DNA of 64,000 bases from an uncultured Gemmatimonadaceae bacterium (GTDB lineage: Bacteria > Gemmatimonadota > Gemmatimonadetes > Gemmatimonadales > GWC2-71-9): contig CAZNDK010000004.1 in NCBI GenBank assembly GCA_964571795.1, positions 64,203 through 128,202 on the forward strand. The letters run 5' to 3'. Position 1 is the first letter of the stretch. Each line of letters opens with the position of its first letter. The notes under the pieces were generated by a model that was not told where the DNA came from, searched no databases, and saw only the letters and a list, made by a program, of their open reading frames with translations. The translations under genes and the position numbers were made by a program. Below, piece by piece: positions 29,600-39,089 of the stretch.

Positions 29600-30864
29600 A
29601 CGGCGAGGCCGCCGCCGGCATCCTCGAGCCGCTAGCGCCCTGCGTGCACTGCGGATTCTGCCTCCCGGCCTGCCCGACGTATCTCGCCACCGGAGACGAG
29701 AACGACAGCCCGCGAGGCCGAATCGTCTTGATGCGCGCCCTCGCCGCCGGCGCTCTCGCCCCCACCGACACGGCGCTGGCGAATCACCTCGACCGCTGCC
29801 TCGGGTGCCGCGGCTGCGAACCGGCCTGCCCGTCCGGCGTGTCGTACGGGGAAGGCCTCATGGCGGCACGGCGGCGGCTGGTGGCGGCGCGCGGGCTCCC
29901 GGTCGCCGCCCGGGTCATCCTGCGCATCTTTTCCACGCCCTTGCTCTGGCGCCCTTTGCTGACGGCGGCACGGTGGCTTCGGGCGAGCGGGATTCCCCGG
30001 GCGCTGGCCGGCTCCGGGAGAATCTCCTTCTCGTTCGGGATGCTGGCGGCCACCGAACCACCCTCCCTCCCCGCTTCCCCGCTTCCCCGCCGCGATGGTG
30101 CTCCTGCCTCCGCGCCGACGGTCGCCCTCTTCACCGGCTGCGTCATGGACACGGTGTTCGCGCACGTGCACGCCGCCGCACGGCGCACGCTCGAGGCCAA
30201 CGGATACCGCGTGGTGGACGTCCGGGGCCAGGAATGCTGCGGCGCGCTCCACGAGCACGCCGGCGACAGGACCGGCGCCGTCGCGCTGGCCCGCCGGAAC
30301 GTCACCGCCTTCCTCGGAGCGGCGGACTTCATCGCCGTGGACAGCGCCGGGTGCGGCGCGCTCCTCAAAGAGTACGCCCACCTGCTGGGCGGCACCGACG
30401 CAGCGGAGTTCGCGTCCCGCGTGCGCGACGTGACCGAGCTGCTCGCCGACCGGGGGCCCCGCGCGGCCGGCCCGCTGGACCTCGAGGTGGCGTACGACGC
30501 GCCATGCCACCTGCAACACGCCCAGCGCGTGCATGCGGCGCCGCTCGCGGTGCTCCGGGCCATCGAGGGGCTGCGGCTCCGCGAGTTGCCGGGCGCGGAC
30601 CGGTGCTGCGGCAGTGCGGGCATCTACTCGATGCTCGAGCCTGCCCTGTCGCGCGACGTGCTCGAGGCGAAGGTCGGGTCCGTCCTGGCCGCCACCCCTG
30701 AAGTCGGAGCGGTCGCCACCGGCAACCCCGGTTGCCTCATGCAGATCGGCGCCGGACTGCTGGCCGCGGGCCACCCCGCGCGCGTGGCCCACCCGGTCGA
30801 GCTGCTGGACGAGGCCTACCGGGTCGGCGGGGTCTATGCGCCGCCCGGCCCGGCGCCGCGCTAG
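29596..30864 (+). CDS. glcF: Glycolate oxidase iron-sulfur subunit
   Basis: CVHCGFCLPACPTY, SPRGRI, CLGCRGCEPACP, two CCG domains. Confidence 0.88.
   Translation: MNGEAAAGILEPLAPCVHCGFCLPACPTYLATGDENDSPRGRIVLMRALAAGALAPTDTALANHLDRCLGCRGCEPACPSGVSYGEGLMAARRRLVAARGLPVAARVILRIFSTPLLWRPLLTAARWLRASGIPRALAGSGRISFSFGMLAATEPPSLPASPLPRRDGAPASAPTVALFTGCVMDTVFAHVHAAARRTLEANGYRVVDVRGQECCGALHEHAGDRTGAVALARRNVTAFLGAADFIAVDSAGCGALLKEYAHLLGGTDAAEFASRVRDVTELLADRGPRAAGPLDLEVAYDAPCHLQHAQRVHAAPLAVLRAIEGLRLRELPGADRCCGSAGIYSMLEPALSRDVLEAKVGSVLAATPEVGAVATGNPGCLMQIGAGLLAAGHPARVAHPVELLDEAYRVGGVYAPPGPAPR
30066..30092 (+). repeat. Tandem CTTCCCCG octamers inside glcF
   Basis: CCTCCCCG-CTTCCCCG-CTTCCCCG-CCG; 19 nt identical to 58186..58204. 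Confidence 0.5.
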
Positions 30865-30873
30865 CTTTCGTCC

Positions 30874-31851
30874 ATGCTCCCCACCACTCTCCCGGACTTC
30901 GAGCAGCTGCACCGCCTCCGGGGCGGGGCCGTCGTCGCGCCCACCCCCGCCGCGCTCTTCCGCGTCGTCGGTCCGGGCGCGCTCTCGTGCCTTCAGGGAC
31001 TCTGGACCAACGACCTCCTCGAGCCGGGAGACGGCTCGATCAGCTACGGGGCGCTCCTCACCGCCAAGGGGATGATCATCGCCGACGGCTGGGCCCTCCG
31101 CGCTGGCGAGGCGGTGACCCTGCTCCTGCCGTCGGCCGCCCGTGAGGCCGTGCTGCAGATCCTCCGCCGTTCGCTTCCGCCCCGCCTCGCGACCGCCACG
31201 GACCTCACCGACACGACGCGCGCCCTGCTGCTCCTCGGTGACCAGGCGGGGGAGCGATGGCCGGTGGTGCCCCTCGGCCGGTTGCCGGACCCCGGCACGG
31301 TCACGACCGGCACCGCCGCCGACGGGGAGTTCGTCCTCGCAACCCCGCAGGCCGGGCCGTTTGTCGCGGTCCTGCTCGGATCGCCCGATGGCATGACCGG
31401 CGTGGCCCGGCTGCTCAAGGCGGCCGGAATGGCACCCGGCGGCGAGGATGATCGCGAAGCGGCCAGGATCCTGGCGGGCTGGCCCGCCCTCGGCGCCGAG
31501 ATCGACGAGCGCACGCTGCCGCAGGAGGTGCGGTTCGACGAGCACGCCGGCGTGTCGTACACCAAGGGCTGCTACACCGGGCAGGAGACGGTGGCGCGGC
31601 TCCACTTCCGGGGGCACGCGAACCGGCTCCTGCGCGGACTCCGGTGGAAGCCGGGTCCTCTCGAGGGAGACGTCGTGCTGGCCGGCCAGAAGCAGGTGGG
31701 ACGGGTGAGCTCGCTGCTGACCCTGCCGGACCGCATCCTCGGCCTCGCCGTGCTGCGCCGGGAACTTCAGCCCGGCAACCGGGTGACGGCAGGCGGCGCA
31801 GTGGCCACCGTCACCGAGTTGCCCTTCGGGCCGGCGGACATCGAGGGATGA
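30874..31851 (+). CDS. ygfZ: Folate-binding YgfZ/GcvT-family protein
   Basis: KGCYTGQE motif; LQGLWTND. Confidence 0.9.
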   Translation: MLPTTLPDFEQLHRLRGGAVVAPTPAALFRVVGPGALSCLQGLWTNDLLEPGDGSISYGALLTAKGMIIADGWALRAGEAVTLLLPSAAREAVLQILRRSLPPRLATATDLTDTTRALLLLGDQAGERWPVVPLGRLPDPGTVTTGTAADGEFVLATPQAGPFVAVLLGSPDGMTGVARLLKAAGMAPGGEDDREAARILAGWPALGAEIDERTLPQEVRFDEHAGVSYTKGCYTGQETVARLHFRGHANRLLRGLRWKPGPLEGDVVLAGQKQVGRVSSLLTLPDRILGLAVLRRELQPGNRVTAGGAVATVTELPFGPADIEG

Positions 31852-32840
31852 GGATCATCGTCACAGGAGGCACCGGACTCGTGGGGGGTCCGGTGGTCCG
31901 GTTGCTGCGCAGTCGGGGCGACGAGGTGGACGTCGTGGTGCGCGACGAAGTGGGGGCGGCGCGCATGCGCGAACTCGGCGCCTCGCCGGTGTTCGGCAGT
32001 GTCGAGGATCCGCGCCTCTGGGAGGCCGTCGATCGCGCCGAAGGCATCATCCACGTCGCCGCCCTCGTGGCGTCCCGCACGCCGTGGCAAACCTTCTTCC
32101 AGGTGAACGTCGAGGGCACACGCCTCGCCGCAGCGACCGCCCGGCGACTCGGCGCACGGCTGGTCCACACCTCCTCGGTGGCGGTCTACGGCCGGCAGGC
32201 CTACGACGACCCCTCCGGCAGCCGGCGGGAAGGGTCAGCGTTCGGGCCACTCGAGGAACACGACTTCTACGCCCGGAGCAAGCGGCTCGCCGAGGAAGCG
32301 GTGCGCGCCGAGGTGGCACTTGGCCTCGAAGCGGTGATTCTCCGGCCGTGCGTGGTGTACGGAGAGGGCGACCGGCTGTTCCTGCCGCGGATGGCGGCAG
32401 TGGCCCGCCGCGGGTGGCTGCCCCGGGTCGGGCCAGGCGACGTGCCCATGGCGGTGGTGCACGCCGAAAGCGTCGCCGAGGCCGCGCTTCGCGCGCTCGA
32501 CACGCCGCGCGCGGCGAGCCGGATCTACAACGTCACGAACGACGGCGACATCACGCCGCGGGAGTTCGTCGCGGCCCTCGCGGAGGGAGTCGGACGCCGG
32601 GTGCGGACGTTTCCCGTTCCCGAACGCGCAGCCCTCGCTGCGGCGCACGTAGTGCAGGCCGCGCTTCGCACGATGGGACCGGGGCTCTACCCCGGCACCA
32701 TCACCGGAGCCGTACGGTTCTGGCGGGGCGGCAACCCATACACTTCGGAGCGCGCGCAGGAAGAACTGGGCTGGAAGCCCGCCGTGGCGCATCGGCCGGT
32801 GATCGCGTCGCTGGTGCGCAAGTTGTCCGGCCCAGCGTAA
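31848..32840 (+). CDS. NAD-dependent epimerase/dehydratase (extended SDR)
   Basis: TGGTGLVG, TSSVAVYG, YARSK (YxxxK), LRPCVVYG. Confidence 0.9.
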   Translation: MRIIVTGGTGLVGGPVVRLLRSRGDEVDVVVRDEVGAARMRELGASPVFGSVEDPRLWEAVDRAEGIIHVAALVASRTPWQTFFQVNVEGTRLAAATARRLGARLVHTSSVAVYGRQAYDDPSGSRREGSAFGPLEEHDFYARSKRLAEEAVRAEVALGLEAVILRPCVVYGEGDRLFLPRMAAVARRGWLPRVGPGDVPMAVVHAESVAEAALRALDTPRAASRIYNVTNDGDITPREFVAALAEGVGRRVRTFPVPERAALAAAHVVQAALRTMGPGLYPGTITGAVRFWRGGNPYTSERAQEELGWKPAVAHRPVIASLVRKLSGPA

Positions 32841-32865
32841 CCCCGCCGGCCGGGCTGGAAATGAA

Positions 32866-32895
32866 CGAGGCCCCACGGCATGCCGTGGGGCCTCG
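32866..32895. terminator. Perfect 30-bp palindrome between convergent genes (likely bidirectional terminator)
   Basis: CGAGGCCCCACGGCA|TGCCGTGGGGCCTCG. Confidence 0.75.
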
Positions 32896-32919
32896 ATGCT
32901 GTCGGAACCCCGACCAGCC

Positions 32920-33108
32920 TTACATCGTCTTGGCGGTATCCCGGGCCATGGTGGAATCGGCGGCCGGCGCCATGCTGTCCGTCTTGGCGGTGGTGTCGGA
33001 GACCGGAGCCGCGACGACGCTGTCGGCGGCCGGGGTGGCGGGAGCCGGCTTCTCGCCGGCACAGGCCGCGAGGGTCACCAGGGCGGCCACGGCGAAGAAC
33101 TTCTTCAT
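32920..33108 (-). CDS. Small (62 aa) low-complexity lipoprotein
   Basis: MKKFFAVAALVTLAAC lipobox; Ala/Pro/Asp/Ser/Thr-rich tail; own promoter and terminator. Confidence 0.85.
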   Translation of the reverse strand: MKKFFAVAALVTLAACAGEKPAPATPAADSVVAAPVSDTTAKTDSMAPAADSTMARDTAKTM

Positions 33109-33185
33109 CGGTGTCTCACTTTCAAGGGTCGAATTCGGGGGTCCAGCCGCCGTGGCATGAGCAACGCGGCAACAAGGGCGCGGGC

Positions 33186-33213
33186 AAGATACGGTAAGTG
33201 CCGTGTGTGTCAA
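33186..33213 (-). promoter_or_regulatory. Sigma70-type promoter of the small lipoprotein
   Basis: TTGACA-N16-TATCTT on minus strand. Confidence 0.7.
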
Positions 33214-33854
33214 GGGTTGTGGTCCGCCCGAGCCCAGCCCAGCCGGACCGCCCGGTCCACGATCACGTCCCCGGCCCCGTCGTATCCGAGCAACCCGGTG
33301 TTCAGCACGAGGTGAAAGTGTGTCGGGTCCGCCCAGTCCCGGTCGTAGTACTCCCGGTGATACCGCTGCCGGTGAGCATCGGTCTCCTCCATCAGCTTCT
33401 GCGCTTCGGCCGGCCCGAGCGAATGGCGAGCCATGACGGCCCGGATCCGGTCGGCCTTCGGGGCCACCACGCGCACGTGAAGGGCCGCTTCCTTGCGCCC
33501 GAGCACGGCCGGAGCCGCACGGCCCACGAGCACCACGCGTCCCTCGGCCGCGAGGTCCGCCACCACGCTCTCGGTGACCCGGACCAGCGCCGCTTCCTCA
33601 AGCTCGGCCGGCGGCGATGCGACCGCAGGCGAGAAGAGCTCCGGTGCGGCTCGTGACAACGCGCGCAGCAGCCACTCCCGGAACCCCGGCGCCCGTTCGT
33701 CCCGCAGGGCCACGGCGGATTCGGGCAGCCCCGCGCGGGCCGCCACTCGCGCGACGAAGTCATTGTCCACCAGCCTCCAGCCGAGGGCCCGCGCCGCATG
33801 CGCCGCCACCAGCGAGCCGCCGGCACCGAACTCCCGTGAGACCGTGATGAGCAT
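33210..33854 (-). CDS. Cytidylate kinase-like family protein
   Basis: ITVSREFGAGG, VLVGRAA, RQRYHREYY..W.DP..FHLVLNT. Confidence 0.88.
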   Translation of the reverse strand: MLITVSREFGAGGSLVAAHAARALGWRLVDNDFVARVAARAGLPESAVALRDERAPGFREWLLRALSRAAPELFSPAVASPPAELEEAALVRVTESVVADLAAEGRVVLVGRAAPAVLGRKEAALHVRVVAPKADRIRAVMARHSLGPAEAQKLMEETDAHRQRYHREYYDRDWADPTHFHLVLNTGLLGYDGAGDVIVDRAVRLGWARADHNP

Positions 33855-33880
33855 CGTCGTACCGTCCGGGATGGAGGGGG

Positions 33881-35110
33881 CTAGGCCGGCGCCGCGAATA
33901 GCTGCGCCCGCGCGCTGCGCCAAGCGAACGCGGCAGCCAGGACACAGATGCTGCCGCCGATGGCCAATGAGGTTCGCACGCCGAGGTGTTCCGAAACGAA
34001 GCCGGCCTGGAGGGCCCCCAGGGGTGCCATGCCGACCACCATGAACGAGTAGAACCCCATGACGCGGCCCCGGAGGTGGTCCGGCGCCTTGGTCTGCAGG
34101 AGGGTGTTCGTCAGAATGCCGGTCAGGGCCCAGGTGCAGCCCGCGAACGTGAGGAGCACCAGCGCCGGCGCGAATCGGCTGGCCAGGCTGGTCGCGAGCA
34201 GCACGCCGCCGAAGAGCGCCGCGAAGGCGAATACCCGCCCCTCCCGATGCACCCGGTGGCCCATCCCCGCCACGAAGAGCGCCGCCGCCGCGGCCCCCAC
34301 CCCGACGCCGGACATCAGCGCGCCATACCCGGTGGCCCCCGACCCCAGCACCTCCGAGGCGTACACCGGGAGCATCGGCGCAAACGAGAAGCCGAACACG
34401 CTGAAGGTGATGGTCAGCAGCGTCAGGAGCCGCGGCTCCGGCGTGTCGAGGATGTAGCGCCACCCGTCGCGGAAGGTGGACCGTCCGGCGAGCCCCGTCG
34501 AGGCCCCCGCAAACGGGGGCCGCATGATCGCCAGCATCCAGAGCACGCCGAGGTAGCTGGCCGCGTTCACGAAGAAGCAGGCCGCCGTCCCGATGGCGGC
34601 GATCAGGAGCCCGGCGATGGCCGGCCCGATGACACGGGTCACGTTGAAGACGGAGGAATTGAGCGCGATGGCCGTCATCAGGTCCTCGCGGCCGGTCATC
34701 TCGCCAAGGAAGGCCTGGCGGGCGGGTATCTCGAACGCGCTGAACAGCCCCTGCGCCGCCGCGAGCACCATGACCCAGCCCACGGTGACGCGGCCGGTGG
34801 CAGTGAGCACCGCCAGCGCGAGCGCCTCGAGCAGCATCAGGCTCTGCAGCACGAGCAGGAACCGGCGCTTGTTGACCCGGTCGGCCACCACGCCGCCGTA
34901 CAGGGTGAAGAGGAGGACGGGGAGCGTGCCGATTGTGGTGACGAGCCCGACCTGGAAGGCGGAGTGGGTGAGCTGGAGCACCAGCCAGCCCTGGGCGACG
35001 GTCTGCATCCAGGTGCCGACCAAGGAAACGAACTGCCCGCCGAGGAAGAGGCGGAAGTTCCGGTGGCGGAGCGCGCCGAAGGCGGACTGGGGCGCCGCGG
35101 CGGCAGTCAC
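33881..35110 (-). CDS. MFS transporter (H+ antiporter-like)
   Basis: FGALRHRNFRLF..GQFVS..GTWMQ, GGVVADR, ~12 TM, RGRVMG. Confidence 0.92.
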   Translation of the reverse strand: MTAAAAPQSAFGALRHRNFRLFLGGQFVSLVGTWMQTVAQGWLVLQLTHSAFQVGLVTTIGTLPVLLFTLYGGVVADRVNKRRFLLVLQSLMLLEALALAVLTATGRVTVGWVMVLAAAQGLFSAFEIPARQAFLGEMTGREDLMTAIALNSSVFNVTRVIGPAIAGLLIAAIGTAACFFVNAASYLGVLWMLAIMRPPFAGASTGLAGRSTFRDGWRYILDTPEPRLLTLLTITFSVFGFSFAPMLPVYASEVLGSGATGYGALMSGVGVGAAAAALFVAGMGHRVHREGRVFAFAALFGGVLLATSLASRFAPALVLLTFAGCTWALTGILTNTLLQTKAPDHLRGRVMGFYSFMVVGMAPLGALQAGFVSEHLGVRTSLAIGGSICVLAAAFAWRSARAQLFAAPA

Positions 35111-35129
35111 CGCGGCGCCCCAGTCACCG

Positions 35130-36590
35130 CTACTTCACCACCTGCTTGACGAGCCGTCCGGCGGGAAGCGCCTCGCCGGTCGACACGCCGTTGAGGAGGG
35201 CAACCTGGTCAATCGGGACGGCGGAGGGATAGGTGGTGTTGAACGTGGTGAGGGACATCGCCCTCGGCAGCTTGACGAGATGGATCCGGGCCGGCTTGAC
35301 GTTGAGCCGAGCCGGGTCGGTCAGCGGCTTGAAACTGCGGATCCAAGCCAGCATGGCGCCGTCGTACGCGGCGGCCTGCGCCGCGATGGCGAGGGTCATC
35401 AGCCGGTAATTGCGGCCGCCGTAGGTGATGAACGCGACATACCCTTCCGCCGCGCCCTGCTCGAGCTGGGCGCGGAAGCGCCCCGACGCCGTGGGGAGGC
35501 CGTTGACCGGCGCCTGCGAGGTCGACACCGCCGTCACGCCTTCCTGGGTGAGGAAGGTGTCGAGCTGGGCCTTGATGGGTGCCGTGCCCCCGAGCTCCAG
35601 CTGGAGGAGTCCGTCCTGCTTCTCGGCGAGGCCGGTCACCGCCGAGAAGCCGTTGTTGGTGCGCCAGCCGGCGGGGAAGAGGACCTGGAACTTCAGTTCG
35701 GGATGGTAAAACGCCTGGCCGTCGAAATACCCCTGCCGCGGGTCGTCGCCGTACACCATTCCCTCGAGCTGGCGAAGGTACTGCTCGCGGTCCCAGGTCA
35801 GGGTCGAGTAGTTCACTTTCGCGCTGTCGAGCATCTGCTCGGTGTGCGCCAGCCGGTTTTCGGGGAACGGGTGCGTCGTGGCCCAGGTGGGGAGGCGCTC
35901 CTGCCCGCTGGCCGCCTCGACCCCCTGCAACATGGAGAAGAGATCGAGCATGGCGTGTGGGTCGTAGCCGCTGCGGAGCGAGTACCGGAAGCCCAGCATG
36001 TCGGCCTGGGTCTCGTCGTCGCGGGTGTACTTGAGGAAGAGCAGTTGCAGGCCCGTGGACAGTACGCCCATGTACTGGGCCATGTCCGGCCGGAGGACGG
36101 TCCCGAGGCCCAGGCCGAGCTGGGCCAGCTGCGCGCGGCTCATCTGGGTGGCGGAATGGCGGGCCGTCACGTGACCAATCTCGTGGCCCAGCACACCGGC
36201 CAGCTCCGCCTCGGAGTTCATGTGGGTCAGGATGCCCCGGGTCACGAAGATGAACCCGCCGGGGAGCGCGAAGGCGTTCACCGCCGGGTCATCCACCACC
36301 GTGAACGCCCAGGGGAGCTGTGGGCGCTCCGACTTGGCGGCCAGCTGGAGTCCGAGCGTGGACACGTAGGACTGCCACGTCGAATCCTGGTACGGCCCGA
36401 TCTGCGCCTTCGTCTGTTGGGCCGCCTGCATGCCCATGGCGATTTCCTGGCTTTCCGACACCAGGTTGAGTTCCTTCTCGCCGGTGGCGGGGTTGGTGGA
36501 ACACCCCGCGACCGTCGCCAGGGCCAGCGCCCCCAGGAGGCGGGCCCCGGCGTTGTTCCCCGCGCGCGCGTAACGCGCCGCGGTGCCCAT
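35130..36590 (-). CDS. M48 metalloprotease lipoprotein (BepA/LoiP-like) with LysM-like C-terminus
   Basis: VAGC lipobox, VNAFALPGG, HEIGH zinc motif, ETQAD, THP. Confidence 0.9.
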   Translation of the reverse strand: MGTAARYARAGNNAGARLLGALALATVAGCSTNPATGEKELNLVSESQEIAMGMQAAQQTKAQIGPYQDSTWQSYVSTLGLQLAAKSERPQLPWAFTVVDDPAVNAFALPGGFIFVTRGILTHMNSEAELAGVLGHEIGHVTARHSATQMSRAQLAQLGLGLGTVLRPDMAQYMGVLSTGLQLLFLKYTRDDETQADMLGFRYSLRSGYDPHAMLDLFSMLQGVEAASGQERLPTWATTHPFPENRLAHTEQMLDSAKVNYSTLTWDREQYLRQLEGMVYGDDPRQGYFDGQAFYHPELKFQVLFPAGWRTNNGFSAVTGLAEKQDGLLQLELGGTAPIKAQLDTFLTQEGVTAVSTSQAPVNGLPTASGRFRAQLEQGAAEGYVAFITYGGRNYRLMTLAIAAQAAAYDGAMLAWIRSFKPLTDPARLNVKPARIHLVKLPRAMSLTTFNTTYPSAVPIDQVALLNGVSTGEALPAGRLVKQVVK

Positions 36591-38698
36591 CAGCTCCCCG
36601 TCATTTCATCCGCCAGGGCTCCGGCGCCGTACACCTTCCGCAGCGCCTCGATGATGGCCCGGCTGTCCACCCAGACCGAGCGCGCCACCCGCTCCGTGAA
36701 GAGGAAGCGGTTGGGAAGCGACTCGATGTTGCCGTCGAAGATCAGCCCGACGACTTCCGCGTTTGCGTTGATGACCGGGCTCCCCGAGTTGCCGCCGATG
36801 ATGTCCGGCGTGCCCGCCGCGTTGAACGGCGTGGCGAGGTCGATTGAGCTCCGGGCCGCCTTCCACTTGGCTGTCAGGTCGAACGGCGCGGCGCCGGCGA
36901 ACCCGTCCGTGCGGTCATAGAGGCCGTAGAACGTGGTGAACGGCTGCGCGACCGTGCCGTTGTAGGGGTACCGCAGGATCTCGCCGTCGCTGATCCGCAG
37001 GCTGAACGTGGCGTCGGGCGCCACGCTGTTGCCGTAGACGGCCAGGAGCGCCCGCGCCACGAGTTCGTCCTGCGCCGCCTCCCGGTCGGCCAGCGCCGTC
37101 CACTGCGTGGTCACGGCGCGCTCGAGGGGATCGATCACCCTCGCGAGAACGATGAACGGATCAGTGGAGGCCGCGACCGCCGGGGCGCCGCCCTTGATCA
37201 GCGCCTCGCGCTCCGCCGCCGTTCCGATCGTCGAGCCGCGCACCATGGCGGCCGCCGCCTCGGCCGGCGTCCGGCCCTTGAGCGCCGCGGCGAGCACCGG
37301 ATCCGACGCCGGCAGCGCGGCCTGCATGGCCTCGAACCACTGGGTCAGCAGGAGGCGCTCCTGCAGCGTGTCGATCGGCGTGGCCGACGACAGCGCGCGC
37401 TCGCGGCCCGCCTTGCGCGAATCCTGGTAGGCCGGCAGGCGCGCCGAATCGGGCTTGGCCATTTCTGTCGGGGTCCGGACGATGAGCCCCGCCAGCTGCA
37501 GCGAGCGCGTGCCGTACGCGTTGTAGGTGTAGAAGAACCGCTTGGTGAACAGCTGCCGCATGGAGGTCCGGGCCTGCTCGATGCCCTTCCACGGGTCGCC
37601 GTAGGTCTTCTTGTACGCGGCGTTGGTGCTCACCGAGCGGCGGAAATTCGCCTCCCAGGTCCGCTTCTGGTTCATCAGCGCGGGGTCGAGCAACCCGGAC
37701 TGATAGCCGGTCACCGCCTTCTGGGAGTTCTCGAGCCCGAAGATGGTGTTCCGGTTCGCCATGGCGCGGGCGCTGTCCGCGGCGGAGAGCTGCTTGTACA
37801 CCGCGATCTGCCGCTTGTAGCCGTCGAGCGTGGCCGGATAGGTGAGGTCACGGAGGAATTCGAGCTGCGACATCGTGTTGAGCCGCCCCGTCGACCCGGG
37901 GTTGCCGATCACGAACACGAGGTCCCTTTCCTTCGCGCCCGTCTTGGCCCACCGGAAGTACTCCGTCCTGGCCGGCTTCCCGTCCACGTACGCCCGGACC
38001 ATCGACATGTCGAGGTCGAAGCGCGGGTACGTGAAGTTGTCCGGGTCGCCACCGAAGAAGGCCGTCTGGCTCTCCACGGCGAAGACCAGGCGGATGTCCG
38101 AGAAGCGGCGGAAGCGGTACAGCATGTACTTCCCGCCCCGGTACATCGTGACCACCTGGCACGCAGCGTCGGGGGCCGTCTTCCCGCACTGGGCCTCGAG
38201 CCTTCCGATGGCCTCCGCCCGTTTGGTGGCCGCCACCGTCGGCGTGCTGCCGGCCGGCACGGCGTGGGTCACGCTGTCCGTGACGTCGGTGATCTCCTGC
38301 AACTGGTCGATGGTCAGCCCCGTGCAGGCCCGCTCGTCGGCGCGGGTCGGCGCGTAGAAGCCGTCGCCCAGCAGGTCCTCCCCAGGCTTGGTGGACGACT
38401 CGACACAGGCGCGGGCGCAGTGGTGGTTGGTCATGATCAGGCCGTCCGGCGAGACGAACGACGCCGAACAGCCGCTGTTCATCCGGAGTGAGCTGAGCCG
38501 CGCGTGGTCCAGCCACTGCGGTGTGGCCTGGAATCCGTAGCGCTTGGCCCAGTAGGCGAGCGGCGGCTGGTCGAAGGTCCACATCTTCCCGGTCTCGAGT
38601 CCGGGGTACTCGCTCGGCGCCCAGGTTTCCTGGGCGGTCAACGGCCCGGCAACGAGGAACCCGAGGAAAGCCAGGAAGGGCAGGATGCGGCGGGACAT
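36590..38698 (-). CDS. S46 dipeptidyl peptidase (DPP7/DAP BII-like)
   Basis: GKMW, GCSASFVS, TNHHC, FGGDPDNF, DIIGGNSGSP, FDGN (Gly rather than Arg at the S1 position); signal peptide. Confidence 0.92.
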   Translation of the reverse strand: MSRRILPFLAFLGFLVAGPLTAQETWAPSEYPGLETGKMWTFDQPPLAYWAKRYGFQATPQWLDHARLSSLRMNSGCSASFVSPDGLIMTNHHCARACVESSTKPGEDLLGDGFYAPTRADERACTGLTIDQLQEITDVTDSVTHAVPAGSTPTVAATKRAEAIGRLEAQCGKTAPDAACQVVTMYRGGKYMLYRFRRFSDIRLVFAVESQTAFFGGDPDNFTYPRFDLDMSMVRAYVDGKPARTEYFRWAKTGAKERDLVFVIGNPGSTGRLNTMSQLEFLRDLTYPATLDGYKRQIAVYKQLSAADSARAMANRNTIFGLENSQKAVTGYQSGLLDPALMNQKRTWEANFRRSVSTNAAYKKTYGDPWKGIEQARTSMRQLFTKRFFYTYNAYGTRSLQLAGLIVRTPTEMAKPDSARLPAYQDSRKAGRERALSSATPIDTLQERLLLTQWFEAMQAALPASDPVLAAALKGRTPAEAAAAMVRGSTIGTAAEREALIKGGAPAVAASTDPFIVLARVIDPLERAVTTQWTALADREAAQDELVARALLAVYGNSVAPDATFSLRISDGEILRYPYNGTVAQPFTTFYGLYDRTDGFAGAAPFDLTAKWKAARSSIDLATPFNAAGTPDIIGGNSGSPVINANAEVVGLIFDGNIESLPNRFLFTERVARSVWVDSRAIIEALRKVYGAGALADEMTGS

Positions 38699-38757
38699 GA
38701 GCGGCTCCACGTCAGGATGAATGAGGGCGCCCGCGTGGGCGGCCCGATGCAATGCGG

Positions 38758-39051
38758 TCAAAGCGTGTCCAGCTGTTCCCGCCCGATGACCGGATTCCAG
38801 GGCAGGAGTTCGTAGGCGGCAACGCCGAGCCGGGTGAACGGGTCGTCGTCACGCACTCTCTGCAGCGTCTCGAGCGGCGCGTGGTCCGGCAGGCGGAGGA
38901 GCAGCGCGCCGCCGTGCCGGGGCTCGAACGGACCCGACGCGAGCAGCACGCCGTCCGCGGCGAGCCCCCGCAGGTAACTCCGGTGGGCGTCCACGTGCTC
39001 GAGGACGTCCGCCAGCGGCTTCAGGTACCGCAGGATGGCGAGCGCGTACAT
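38758..39051 (-). CDS. YciI family protein
   Basis: AHRSYL, LASGPF, GGALL, DDPF. Confidence 0.88.
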   Translation of the reverse strand: MYALAILRYLKPLADVLEHVDAHRSYLRGLAADGVLLASGPFEPRHGGALLLRLPDHAPLETLQRVRDDDPFTRLGVAAYELLPWNPVIGREQLDTL

Positions 39052-39089
39052 CCCTTAACCATCCACCGATGGCAGGCGGACGCAAGGGG

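Noticed and set aside
33153..33167. Plus-strand sigma54-like TGGCATGAGCAACGC
   Set aside because: Lacks TT before GC and there is no plus-strand gene downstream
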